Source: an uncultured Gemmatimonadales bacterium (lineage in GTDB: Bacteria > Gemmatimonadota > Gemmatimonadetes > Gemmatimonadales > GWC2-71-9). Taken from it: a stretch of 64,000 nt of DNA. Shown piece by piece: positions 28,850-38,975 of this stretch. The notes below the pieces were generated by a model. That model was given only the letters and a program-made list of their open reading frames with translations. It was not told the DNA's origin and searched no databases. Each line of letters starts with the position of its first letter. The stretch's first letter is position 1. The DNA lies in the NCBI GenBank assembly GCA_963729985.1, contig CAVSPJ010000002.1, positions 773,017 to 837,016 of the forward strand, in the 5' to 3' direction. Made by a program: the position numbers and the translations under genes.

Positions 28850-29557
28850 TCACGCCGTGACGGCCGGGCGGCGCCTGGCGAGCTGCCTCCGCACCACGGG
28901 GCCGGTGAGCTCCCGGAGCGCTTCCCTTCCAATCCACCGCGCCGCGACGTCGGGCGACTCCACCAGCCGCTGGGAGGTCGCGACCGCGGCCGCATTCAGC
29001 GCGCGGTTGCGCCGCCCGATCACCCGCAGCGCCCAGCTCACCCCCTTCTTGACGAAGTTTCGCTCGTCGGACGCGGCGCGCTCGACCAGTGCCAGTGACC
29101 GGATGAACCGGTCGTCGCCGGCGGCCTTGTCGTGCAGCGCCAGACCGGCCAGGAGCGCGAACGCGGCCCGCTTGACGAACTCGTCGCGGCGCCCGCTCCA
29201 CTGTTCGACCTTTCGCCACGCATGCGGCGTGCGGTCGAACAGGTGGACGCACACCGTGTCGCAGATGCCCCAGTTGTCGAAGTCCCGGGCCCAGCGATCC
29301 ATCTGCGCGGCCGTGACCCGCTCGGGCTGGTCGACCCAGGCGGTCAGCATGCGGGCCTCGTACCAGCCGGTCGCCCAGAGGGCGCCGGCCAGATCGTGAT
29401 CGCGCCCGAGTCGCTTGGCCAACTGCTGGATGTTGCGGACCGATACGCCGAAGGCCCTGGGCGTCCGGATACCGTACCGGGTCGACATCTCCTCGCGGGC
29501 GCGCCTGGTGCCGCGGCGCTCCAGCCACGCCAGGGCCTCGCCCACGCGGTCGTCCAT
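28850..29557 (-). CDS. DNA alkylation repair protein (AlkD-like HEAT repeat)
   Basis: LW.TGWYEARML, DFDNWGICD, DERNFVKKGVSWALR.IG; alternative GTG 29566 overlaps the upstream stop. Confidence 0.85.
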   Translation of the reverse strand: MDDRVGEALAWLERRGTRRAREEMSTRYGIRTPRAFGVSVRNIQQLAKRLGRDHDLAGALWATGWYEARMLTAWVDQPERVTAAQMDRWARDFDNWGICDTVCVHLFDRTPHAWRKVEQWSGRRDEFVKRAAFALLAGLALHDKAAGDDRFIRSLALVERAASDERNFVKKGVSWALRVIGRRNRALNAAAVATSQRLVESPDVAARWIGREALRELTGPVVRRQLARRRPAVTA

Positions 29558-29562
29558 CGCCG

Positions 29563-30051
29563 TCACACGAGGGATCGCAGCAACACGTCGAGCCGGTCGT
29601 AGCTCTGGTCCATGCCGCCCTTCATCCCGGTCTGGATGGCCGCGTCGCGCGCCTCTTTCGACGGGTAAGCGATCGTGAGCGTGATGGTAGTCCGCCCCTC
29701 CGACTCGGTGAAGACCGTGGTGTTCACCGTCTCGGGCCATTCGGGGCCCCACCGCTCGGTGTGGACCACCCGCTCGGGGGGCGCGAACTCCCGGACGATG
29801 CCGCTCATGGCCATCTCGCTGCCGTCGGCCTTGCGCCAGACGTAGCGCCATGCGCCGCCGGGACGGGCGTCGAACTCGCAGACCGGCATGGTCCATCCTT
29901 CGGGGCCGAGCAGCCACCGCTGCAGGTGTCTGGGCTCGGTGTGGGCAGCGAAGACGACCTTGCGGGGCGCGTCCACCACGCGGGTGACGACGACCTCCCG
30001 GTCGGTGGGCGTGGCGTACGTGGTCACGCCGGGCCTAGTTGCCGTGGTCAT
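29563..30051 (-). CDS. SRPBCC/AHSA1 family protein
   Basis: TRVVDAPR..VF.A.T.P, CEFDARPGG.WRY, GM.GGMDQSYDRL. Confidence 0.9.
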   Translation of the reverse strand: MTTATRPGVTTYATPTDREVVVTRVVDAPRKVVFAAHTEPRHLQRWLLGPEGWTMPVCEFDARPGGAWRYVWRKADGSEMAMSGIVREFAPPERVVHTERWGPEWPETVNTTVFTESEGRTTITLTIAYPSKEARDAAIQTGMKGGMDQSYDRLDVLLRSLV

Positions 30052-30391
30052 CGGGGTTCTCCAGTTGCTTGAGCTGTTGAAGGTAGTTGTCGAGCCGGGC
30101 GTAGGTTGCGTCCCAGAAGCGGCGGAACTCCCCGGCCCATTCGGCGACGTCCTTGAGCGGTGCCGCGTCGAGAGTGCGGGGACGCCATTGGGCTTCCCGT
30201 CCCCGCTGGATCAACCCGGCGCGCTCGAGCACCCGCAGATGCTTGGAGACCGCGGGACCGCTCATGGCGAACGGCGCTGAGAGCTCCTTGACCGTGGCCG
30301 CACCGTCCGCCAGGCGCAGGAGGATCGCCCGGCGCGTGGGGTCGGCCAGAGCGGCGAAGGTGGTGCTCAAGGGATCGGCGGCTGAGGGCAC
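30035..30391 (-). CDS. ArsR/SmtB family transcriptional regulator
   Basis: FAALADPTRRAIL, AVSKHLRVLERAGLI.RGREAQWR; start uncertain (GTG 30391). Confidence 0.9.
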   Translation of the reverse strand: MPSAADPLSTTFAALADPTRRAILLRLADGAATVKELSAPFAMSGPAVSKHLRVLERAGLIQRGREAQWRPRTLDAAPLKDVAEWAGEFRRFWDATYARLDNYLQQLKQLENPDDHGN

Positions 30392-30422
30392 GGATTTCCG
30401 GATCAGGGGTTGAAAGGGCAGC

Positions 30423-30464
30423 CCAGGTCGTGGTTTACGTGTACCAGGTCGTGGTTTACGTGTA
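30423..30464. repeat. Perfect 21-bp tandem duplication CCAGGTCGTGGTTTACGTGTA x2
   Basis: Copies at 30423-30443 and 30444-30464. Confidence 0.9.
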
Positions 30465-30474
30465 ACTATAAGGT

Positions 30475-30519
30475 TATCTAACCTAATGGTTAGATATAGT
30501 GGAGCCCGCACCCTGTCAA
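30475..30519 (-). promoter_or_regulatory. Putative ArsR operator (TATCTAACC-N4-GGTTAGATA, 30475-30496) with an upstream TTGACA -35 element
   Basis: Perfect 9-bp AT-rich inverted repeat upstream of arsR; TTGACA on the minus strand at 30514-30519. Confidence 0.7.
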
Positions 30520-30746
30520 GAGAGGACGGTCCTGGTCGGGTCGGGCCTACCCCTCGCACCTGGCTTAGCTCATGTTGTTGCCCGTCGTTTCGAGGTCGAG
30601 GCCTCGGGATCGGCTAATCAATTACTCGTGAGGGGAGCGCCGCGTGTCGGATCGCAAACCGAATGGACTGAGAAGCCTGCCTCCCGAAGCGGCGCCGCTT
30701 TGATCGTGTCGCCTCCTGGTGCTACGGAGCGGCGCTGGCGGGTGCG

Positions 30747-32339
30747 GTGTTGGGGTGCGGCGGCAGCGAGGAACTGGGCCACGCCCAGCAGCACGCCGAC
30801 CACACCCTGGGCAAGGTCGACTTCCCCGTGTCCTGTTCTCCAGCAGCTCGAGCGGAGTTCAACACGGCGGTGGCCCTGCTACACCATATGACTTACCCGC
30901 AGGCACGGGAAGCATTTCAGCAGGTCTCAAAAACCGATGCACGCTGCGCCATGGCTCATTGGGGGGTGGCGATGACCCTCTTTCAGCCGGTCTGGCCCAC
31001 CCGGCCGGGACCTGCTGATCTCCGGCGCGGGTGGGAAGCCGTGCAGCAGGCCCTGGCGCTCGGTCCGCCGACCGAGCGCGAGCGCCTCTTCGTGGCCGCC
31101 GCGGAGGCCTTCTTCCAGGAGCCCACATCGTCGGACTACTGGCAGCGAATTCGTCGGTGGGAACAGGCTCAGGAGCGGGCATTCTCGGCCTTCTCCGACG
31201 ATCCCGAAGCGGCCGCCTTCTACGCGCTGGCGCATCTGGCCACGACGCCATCCAATGCGGTTTCCCGAGCGCACGCCGATCGAGCCGCCACGATCCTCAT
31301 GGGTGTGTACGCCCGGAACCCCGATCATCCGGGCGTCATGCACTACCTAATCCATGCCAACGACGTGCCGGGGCGGGAGCGCCAATTGCTGGAGGTGGTT
31401 CGCCGGTATGAAACCATCGCGCCCCAGAACCCCCACGCGCTCCACATGCCGAGCCACATCTATACCCGCCTGGGAGACTGGGACGGCGTGATCCGGGGGA
31501 ATTTGCGGGCGGCGGAGGCGGCGCTGAAGTATCCCGCCGGGGATAGCGCTCAGTTCGTGTGGGACGAATTCCCCCATGCGCTGGAGTACCTGATCTACGC
31601 CTATCTGCAGAAAGGCGCGGACCACGAGGCCGCGGTGCAACTGGGGCGCCTGCGCGGAACGGCCCGGCTCCAACCCAGCTTCAAGACGGCCTTTCACCTG
31701 GCGAGCACTCAGGCGCGATACGCGCTGGAGCGGCGAGCCTGGAGCGAGGCGGCGCTGCTGGTGCCGCGCGAGCGTTCGACGCTCGACTGGGATCGCTTCA
31801 TGTGGCCGGAGGCAGTGACCTGGTTTGCCCGGGGCCTCGGGCAAGCCCATGAGGGCAACCTGGAAAAGGCTCGAGCGGCCCGTGCGCGTCTTGACCAGCT
31901 CGAGAGCGGTGCCGCCAAGGCCGGCGAAGAGCTCTTCGCCAGGAATATCCGGATCCTGGGGCTCGAGCTGGGGGCGTGGCTGGCCCATGTGGAGCAAGAC
32001 AGGGAACGCAGCATGGCGCTGTTGCGGGAGGCGGCCGCCCTGGAAGAATCGACACCCAAGCACGCGGTGACTCCCGCGCCCACGCTGCCGGCCTCCGAGC
32101 TCCTCGGAGACCTCCTGCTGGAGCAGGCGCGTCCCGGCGAAGCGCTCGACGCTTACAACCGCTCCCTGGTCCTCTATCCCCGACGCTTCATGAGTCTGCT
32201 GGGCGCGGCTCGGGCCGCGCGGGCATCGGGCGATGAATCCGTTGCCCGTACGCGGTACCGGGAGCTGCTCGATCTGGCCGGCAGCGGCTCGAGGGAGCCG
32301 GCCCTCGACGAAGCACGGGCGCTGGTTCGTCGGCGGTGA
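30747..32339 (+). CDS. TPR-like all-helical secreted/lipoprotein; true start probably GTG 30644 with a +1 frameshift
   Basis: LGKVDFPVSC, CAMAHWG.AM, PDHPG..HYLIHA.D, HALHMPSHIY.RLG.W; the lipoprotein signal upstream of 30747 is in frame but has no start codon. Confidence 0.75.
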   Translation: MLGCGGSEELGHAQQHADHTLGKVDFPVSCSPAARAEFNTAVALLHHMTYPQAREAFQQVSKTDARCAMAHWGVAMTLFQPVWPTRPGPADLRRGWEAVQQALALGPPTERERLFVAAAEAFFQEPTSSDYWQRIRRWEQAQERAFSAFSDDPEAAAFYALAHLATTPSNAVSRAHADRAATILMGVYARNPDHPGVMHYLIHANDVPGRERQLLEVVRRYETIAPQNPHALHMPSHIYTRLGDWDGVIRGNLRAAEAALKYPAGDSAQFVWDEFPHALEYLIYAYLQKGADHEAAVQLGRLRGTARLQPSFKTAFHLASTQARYALERRAWSEAALLVPRERSTLDWDRFMWPEAVTWFARGLGQAHEGNLEKARAARARLDQLESGAAKAGEELFARNIRILGLELGAWLAHVEQDRERSMALLREAAALEESTPKHAVTPAPTLPASELLGDLLLEQARPGEALDAYNRSLVLYPRRFMSLLGAARAARASGDESVARTRYRELLDLAGSGSREPALDEARALVRRR

Positions 32340-32374
32340 ACTCCCGCCCCAGCCGGCTGGCCGTCGGGCGGCTC

Positions 32375-34915
32375 TTACCGGGCGAACCAGTAGGAGAGCT
32401 TCACCAGGAAGGTGTTGTTCGCCCGCTCGCGGAACAGGCCCCCGAGATCGCCGCTGAAGGACTTGGTGCCTTCGACATCCGATGAGCCCCCCCGTCCCTG
32501 GCTCCATACCAGGAACAGCGCCGATCCCGGCCGATACTCCCAGCGGAACACCGTGTTCGATCGAAACTCCCGGACGTTGAACCCGCCGGGATCGCCGGCG
32601 ACGGCCGGATCGCCGTACGGCTGGTAGCGGGCCTGATAGGACGCGGCGCGCGCCTGACCCACCTCCCGCACGTCGGAATACGTTCCCTTGGAGATGAAGG
32701 GCGACGCATAGACCTGGAGTGAGGTGTTGGGCGTGAAGGTGTAACTCAGCCGCCACGTCAGGCTCAGCGTCTTCTGGTCCAGATGAGCAAAGGTGTAGTG
32801 CGGCTCGCCGTCCGGGTCGGTAAAGGTCCCGAAGTACTGCGTATCGTTGTGATTGCGCTCATAGGTAGCGCTGAGCGAGGTGGTGAACCGGGTGGACACC
32901 TTCAGCTCCAGCCCCGGCTCGAGCTTGAGCGATTCGGAGCGCCCCCCGTCCCCCCGCGAGTAGTTGGTCCACAAGGACGGCACCAGCGCTTTCCGGTCGT
33001 CGCCCTCGATCCCGCTCCAGGGGGCGATGTAGGGGTCCTGCCGTATCGCCGGCCCGCCCCGCGCGCAGCGGTCGCAGTAGGTCGTGCCGACCTGGCCGAG
33101 GGTCCCACCCACGTGGAGCCACCAGCGGTTGTTGAGCTGGGTGTGCACGTTGGTGTTGAAGGCTCGCTCGGTGGGCAGGCCGGCGGCGCTCCAGTAATCC
33201 CAGTTGTTGAAATTCCACCGCAGCTCCCGAAATACCCGGTTCGGAGTTCTGAAGGCCAGGGAGGCCCAGGAGGTCCAGGCCTGCTGGTCGGCCTGGCGGA
33301 GGAACCCGATGTCGTTGATCTCGAAACCGGCCGAGCGCCGCTGGTAGGCGGTCTCGAACTGGAGCCGCCGGCCGCCGACCTGGGCGAAGCGGAGCTCCAG
33401 GTTGGTGCCGGCCAGCGATGTCCGGGTGGAATCGTATGCCAAGCGGACCGTCCGGGCGCTGATACAGGTGGACCGGGGTCCGCTGCGTCTGGGCGATCGC
33501 TTCGGGACTGCCGGCGACCCGGCTGACATCGAGCGACCCCGACACCTCGTACCGCCCCGCGAACCGCCGCCGGGCATCCACTCCACCGCTGTACGCGCTG
33601 CGGTGCAGGTAGGCCTCGCTCGAGGGATCGAGCGACCGGTTCACCGCGGTCGCGATGAACCCGATGCTGCCGTTGCCGTCGGCGTAGTCCTGATTGCCCC
33701 GGGCCACCGCGTAGTTGGTCGTGGGCTCCAGCATCGTCCCGCCCGGGCCGGCCACGTCGTCGGTGACCGCGTCGAGCACTCCCAGGGAGAGGCCGCCGGG
33801 GAGCCGTCCGGTGACCTTCGTCGCGCCCAGGATCCTGGTCGCGGTGGGTGAGGACTCGTCGCCGTACCTGCCGGCGAGCTGGGGAGAGCGCCCGATGCGG
33901 CGGGAATAGAACAACCCTTCTCCGGTGTTGCAGTCCACTACGACGACACAATTGACGCTGAAGGTGAAGAGACCCTTGCCCTCCACGAAGAACGGCCGCC
34001 GCTCGCTGAAGAACGTCTCGAAGGCGCCGAGGTTGAGCACCGACGGATCGGCCTCGACCTGGCCGAAGTCGGGATTGACCGTGGCATTGAGGAGCAGATT
34101 CGAGGCGACCCGGTACTTGAGGTCGCCGCCGAGCGTCAGCTCCTGATCTCGTGCGTACTCGGCGGACGCGGGGCCCTGGACGTTCTTGGTCAGCACGTAC
34201 GGGCGTAATCTCCGCGTGGCCCGGGCTCGCCAGGCCTTCCAGCCCGGTCAGGTCGCCGAACTGGGACGTGAAGCCCGACCGGGACGTGCGGTACAGCGGC
34301 CAGGTGATGGTCTCGCCATGGCGTTGGATGATAGCGCCAGACCAGCAGGCCGAAGGTGATGCTTCCCTTCGCCGAGTAGTGCAGCTGCGAGAGGGGTATG
34401 CGAAACTCGGCGGTCCACCCGAGCGAGTCGATCCGGGTCGCGACATCCCACACCGCGTCCCAGGCGACGTCCTCGTTGCCGTCGTTGTAGAGCGCGTAGT
34501 CCGCCTTGACCCCCGCGGGGTTCACCACGAACTCGTATCCCGTGCGCCGGTCGTGGTAGGGATCGAGCATGAGAATGATCTCGTCGGACGCGGTCGGCTC
34601 GTCGCGGCGGGCAAGCAGGCTCACGATGCTGTCGGGGTGGGGATCGAAGGCGCGGACGAAGACGTACAGGTTGTGCTCGTCGTAGACGACCCGGGCCTCG
34701 GTCCGGAAACGGGCTGCCGCCCCTTCGCTGGGCTTGGCCTGGAGAAACTGGTCGATGGCCGGCGCCAACCGCCAGGCGGCGTCTCGGTCCAGCCCGTCGA
34801 GGACGGGCGGCTCGGCCGAACGGGTGGCCCGGACCGACGTCTCCGCCGTAGGCGGGGGAAGCGTCGTCGTCGCCTGCGTCTGAAGAACCAGCAGCACGCC
34901 CAGCCATGTAGCCAC
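32375..34915 (-). pseudogene. Carbohydrate-binding family 9-like / DUF5916 outer-membrane protein, split by three +1 frameshifts
   Basis: One protein can be rebuilt across four reading segments: WTAEFRIP.SQL, TVNPDFGQVEAD, ERRPFF.EG, LFYSRRIG, FRWEYRPGS.LFLVW, KLSYW; shifts near 34333, 34202 and 33442. Confidence 0.8.
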
Positions 34916-35013
34916 GTCGAGACACTCGCGGGGAGGTTACCGCCTTAGACACCTCGTTGGTGCAGAGGGTTGGATGGCTCGACCGTGCGATACGCGAGCG
35001 CGGAGATCGTCGA

Positions 35014-37692
35014 TCATTGCCTCAAGCGAGACCGCAGGCTGGCGAACCAGTTCTCCACCTGGACGACCGGAGGTCCGGTCGCCGTCTGGACGGATTGGCG
35101 TGGGCGCAGGAAGACGAAGGCCCGGCCGCCGGGCAGCACCTCGTACGAGTGGTGGTAGTCATCGATCGCGAACCCGGAGGCGTCGAACAGGGCCCGCAGC
35201 GCGCTGACCTCGAACGCCGGCGCCGTCCGGACCTGGGCGGCGACCACGCGGCCGGCGGCGTCGAGGTAGAACAGCTCCCGAGTGTCGGGCGACCAGCGCG
35301 GCTGCGCACCACCGCCGTTCGACACCTGCCAGCGCCCCCCCGTCGTGCCTGGGAAGGGGCGAACGTACACCTCGTTCGTGCCCGACTCGTTCGATGTGTA
35401 GGCGATCCACCGGCTGTCGGGCGAGACGGCGGGGTGCAGCTCGGTGAAGGTGCTCGCTGCCAGCGCCACCGGCGTGGTGTCACCACTGGTACGGACCCCG
35501 ACGAGGTCCCCGGCCCCCGCGGCGCCATTGTCCGTGCGGACCACGATCCATCGGCCGTCGGGTGACCAAGTCACCTCCTGAACCTGGCGGTCGAGCCGGG
35601 TGAGCAGCCGGTCCGGTGTGCCGCCATCGGCCCGCCGCGAGAAGACGCTGCTGCTGTTCAGCGAGTCCCGGAGGAACGCGACCACCTGTCCGTCCGGCGA
35701 CCACGCCGGGCGCCGGTCCTGCCCGCCAAACGTGAGCCGGGTGAACGGCCCGTGATCCAGTTGCTTGATCCAGATCCCGAGCGTTCCGCTCGCCAACCCG
35801 ACTCCCACCGCAAGGCGGCGCCCGTCGGGAGATTGCGCGAACGAGTTGAAGTCGCCGTGCCACGCCGTGTCGATGGGTGCGACGGCTCCTTCCCGGGTCG
35901 CCCGCACCACCTCGAGCTGCGCTCTGACGCCCGCTCCCTGCAGGTACACCAATCTCCCCGTAGGGGACCAGGCCAGGAAGGCGTCGCCGCCGGGAGTCAG
36001 AACGCCTTCCAGCACCGGGACTGCCGCTCCGGTGATTTCCAGGCGATCGAGATCGAACGGCACCGCCAAGGCGGCGCCGTCGCGGCGTATGTAGAGGAGG
36101 TGGCCGGTCGGCAAATACCAGGCGGTCACCATTTCGTCGAGCAGCACGCGTTGCTTTCCGGTGCGCAGATCGAGCAGGTGCACCCTCATCGTCACGCACC
36201 CGGAGTTGCAGGCCGTGAACAGCACGCCCCGAGCGCCGGGCAGCGGCGTAGGCGCGGCGAGCCCGGCGCCCGCCAGCGTCGTGTCTCCCATCACGATCGT
36301 GCTGGTGCCGCCCGCCGCGGGCACCCGCGACAGCTCGCTCAGCCTCGGTCCGACGTAGATCAGGGTGCCGTCGTCGAGCCACGCCGCGCCCCCGAAAGGC
36401 GCGGCCGCCGGCTCCGCGAGCGTGATCGCCGCGCCCTCGCCGGGCCGGATCTTCTTGAGGCGACCGTCGGCGATGAACGATACCCACTGGCCGTCGGGCG
36501 AGAACGCCGGACGCATCGACCGCTCGGTGCCCGACACAGGAACAGCGTGCAACTCGCCGCGACGCTTGATCCACAGGCGCCCGTTCTGGTTGTCCTCTCG
36601 CACCACGAGGCTGGCCCCGTCTGGCGACAGTGCCAGCGAGGGGCTCAGGGTCGTGGGAACCAGACCGTCGCCGAGGGCGATGTACTGCCAGCTCGTGCCC
36701 TCCCGGGGGGTGCGTTCCAGCCAGCCCCACGCGGCGCCCCCGAGCGCGAGGACGGCGATGGCCCATGGCGCGAGGGCGTACGCCCGCGCGCGTGGCGTGG
36801 CCGCCCGTCCGACAGCCTCCCGCGGGCGGGCGGGCATAGCCGCACCGACGGACGCCCCCGGCCGGCTCAGCGCATCCGCGAACTGCGCCGCCGTCGCGAA
36901 CCGGTCCGCCGGCAGCTTGGCCAGGGCCGTAACGACCGCCGCGTCCACGTGCGGAGGGATGGTCTTGCGCTGCAGCGTGAGCGATCGCGGCTCCTCGGTC
37001 ATCACTCGCGCGATGATCGCCTGGGCTGTCGGGCCGGTGAACGGCGGCTCGCCGGTCAGCATCTCGTACAGCACGCAGCCGAGCGCGTACACGTCGCTCT
37101 TGGCCGTGATCTCGCGCTCCCCCATGGCCTGCTCGGGGCTCATGTAGTGCGGGGTACCGAGCGACATCCCGGTCTCGGTCATCCGGGTGCCGCCTTCCGA
37201 GCGACTCACCGCCAGGGCGATCCCGAAGTCGGCGACCAGCGCCCGCCCGTCGTGCAGCAGGATATTCTCAGGCTTGATGTCCCGATGGATCACGCCGTGG
37301 CGGTGGGCGTAGTCGAGGGCGTCGGCCACCTCGCAGGCGATCCGCACGGCCTCGTCCACCGGCAGCTGCTTTTCCCGCGCGAGCCGGTCGCGGAGGCTCT
37401 CGCCTTCGACGTACGGCATCACGTAGAACACCAGGCCGTTGGCCTCGCCCGAGTCGAACAGGGACAGGATGTGAGGGTGCTGGAGATTGGCGGTGAGCTT
37501 GATCTCGGCCAGGAACCGCTGGGCGCCGAGGATGGCCGACAGCTCAGGACGCAGGACCTTGAGCGCCACCTTGCGGTCGTGCCGCACGTCGTGGGCGAGA
37601 TACACCGTGGCCATGCCGCCCTGGCCCAGCTCCCGCTCGAGGCGGTAGCGGTCCGCCAGGTCGGCGGCGAGGCGAGCCGGGGGTATGCTCAC
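35014..37692 (-). CDS. Eukaryote-like Ser/Thr protein kinase with a TM segment and TolB/PD40 beta-propeller repeats
   Basis: GQGGMATVY, VALK, HRDIKPEN, DFG, YMSPEQ; repeated SPDG motifs. Confidence 0.93.
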   Translation of the reverse strand: MSIPPARLAADLADRYRLERELGQGGMATVYLAHDVRHDRKVALKVLRPELSAILGAQRFLAEIKLTANLQHPHILSLFDSGEANGLVFYVMPYVEGESLRDRLAREKQLPVDEAVRIACEVADALDYAHRHGVIHRDIKPENILLHDGRALVADFGIALAVSRSEGGTRMTETGMSLGTPHYMSPEQAMGEREITAKSDVYALGCVLYEMLTGEPPFTGPTAQAIIARVMTEEPRSLTLQRKTIPPHVDAAVVTALAKLPADRFATAAQFADALSRPGASVGAAMPARPREAVGRAATPRARAYALAPWAIAVLALGGAAWGWLERTPREGTSWQYIALGDGLVPTTLSPSLALSPDGASLVVREDNQNGRLWIKRRGELHAVPVSGTERSMRPAFSPDGQWVSFIADGRLKKIRPGEGAAITLAEPAAAPFGGAAWLDDGTLIYVGPRLSELSRVPAAGGTSTIVMGDTTLAGAGLAAPTPLPGARGVLFTACNSGCVTMRVHLLDLRTGKQRVLLDEMVTAWYLPTGHLLYIRRDGAALAVPFDLDRLEITGAAVPVLEGVLTPGGDAFLAWSPTGRLVYLQGAGVRAQLEVVRATREGAVAPIDTAWHGDFNSFAQSPDGRRLAVGVGLASGTLGIWIKQLDHGPFTRLTFGGQDRRPAWSPDGQVVAFLRDSLNSSSVFSRRADGGTPDRLLTRLDRQVQEVTWSPDGRWIVVRTDNGAAGAGDLVGVRTSGDTTPVALAASTFTELHPAVSPDSRWIAYTSNESGTNEVYVRPFPGTTGGRWQVSNGGGAQPRWSPDTRELFYLDAAGRVVAAQVRTAPAFEVSALRALFDASGFAIDDYHHSYEVLPGGRAFVFLRPRQSVQTATGPPVVQVENWFASLRSRLRQ

Positions 37693-37809
37693 AGGGAGGA
37701 AAGATGAAGGCAGCGGGCCCGCTTCGCGAGTACCGGCGTCATCTGGAGCGAATCAGAACACCAACCACGCGAAGGCATATGAATCTTCGGCGGCGTTTCC
37801 CGCCCACCG

Positions 37810-38256
37810 TCAACGGTTCTTCCGCCGACGTGGCCCGGTCTCAGGGGCTTCCGAGATCAACTCCAGTGCCGGTCCGAGCAAGGGGCGGACGGCTTCGCGC
37901 AGCTCCTCGGCGGTGAACGGCTCGCGCAGGATGGGCACACCTTTGGGAAGCTGCGCTTCGATCTCCGGCGTGGACCGCCTCCGATTGGCCAAGTAGAGGA
38001 CCGGCACTCTCGGCAAATGCCGGCGGAGGTCCTGGACCAGGTCGACCCCGGGCATGCCCCCGACGCGGGTATTGCTGATGACGAGATCGCACACCTTGAG
38101 GTTGAGGGCGAGCTCGGTAGCGGACAAACCGTCGTACGCCTGGAAGACGGCGTGGCCGTCCTCGAGCAGGGTCTCGATGACGAAGCCCACGACGTCCCGG
38201 TCCTCGTCGGCGACGACGATATACCGGCCGGCAAAGCCGTTGGTCCGGGGACTCAT
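37810..38256 (-). CDS. Single-domain atypical response regulator (pseudo-receiver)
   Basis: IVVADED, AYDG..A, DLVISN (Asn at the phospho-Asp position), GMPG.DL, LREPF (Glu at the Lys position). Confidence 0.8.
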   Translation of the reverse strand: MSPRTNGFAGRYIVVADEDRDVVGFVIETLLEDGHAVFQAYDGLSATELALNLKVCDLVISNTRVGGMPGVDLVQDLRRHLPRVPVLYLANRRRSTPEIEAQLPKGVPILREPFTAEELREAVRPLLGPALELISEAPETGPRRRKNR

Positions 38257-38462
38257 TGTCGACCTTTGGACCCGGGGAACATCCGGGGAGTGGCAGGCAA
38301 GGAAGGAAACTGTTCTCGCAATATACGTCACTGGCCGGGCGTGGGAGGCGAGTCCAGCTCCAATTCCAGTTCTAACCCCCGGCTGGAGCCGCACCCGGGG
38401 GCCGCTTTGCGGCCACCCCGATGCAGTCACCTGACGGACGGGAATGCTGCTCGGCTTCGGCG

Positions 38463-38975
38463 CTACGACTGCTGGTCGTCGAGGGAGTCGGGGTAGCGGG
38501 CCCGGCTCCCGTCCAGATCGCCGGTCTCGGCGTAGGTCAAGGGAGCAACATTCGGCAGCAGCAGCTCACCGGCCTCCGCCAGCCCGATCACGATCTCGTG
38601 GTCGCCTGCCGGGAAGCGCTGGGTGAGGCGGCACTCGAGCCAGGCGACCGCCTCGGCAAGGATCGGCGCACCGGTGCGGCCGGGGCGCCAGGGGACGCCC
38701 GCCAGCTTGTCGGTCTCGCGAGCGGAGCGGGTGCCGAAGTGCCGGGCCAGAGGGAGCTGGTCCCGGGAGAGCACGCTCACGGTGAACCCGCCGCCCCCGA
38801 CCAGCAGCGGATACGACGCGTGCCCGGGATTGAGGCTCAGCGCGAGCAGCAGCGGGTCGAACGACACCTGCGTGAGCCAGGCGGCGGTGAAGGCGTTTCG
38901 CCGCTTCCCCTCGGCGACGCCCACCACGTAGACGCCCGCCGTGATCCGCCGGAACAGGTCCGCGACGTCAGCCAC
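38463..38975 (-). CDS. Flavin reductase family protein
   Basis: GVYVV, TAAW.TQVSFDP.L, FGTRSAR..DK, GAPIL, AGDH. Confidence 0.9.
   Translation of the reverse strand: MADVADLFRRITAGVYVVGVAEGKRRNAFTAAWLTQVSFDPLLLALSLNPGHASYPLLVGGGGFTVSVLSRDQLPLARHFGTRSARETDKLAGVPWRPGRTGAPILAEAVAWLECRLTQRFPAGDHEIVIGLAEAGELLLPNVAPLTYAETGDLDGSRARYPDSLDDQQS

Noticed and set aside
30423-30464. Possible CRISPR repeat
   Set aside because: Only two abutting copies, no spacer and no cas genes; it is a simple tandem duplication
30663-30671. ATG-GAC-TGA in frame with the TPR gene, suggesting selenocysteine or readthrough
   Set aside because: No redox-motif context or evident SECIS; a +1 frameshift from GTG 30644 with a good RBS explains it better
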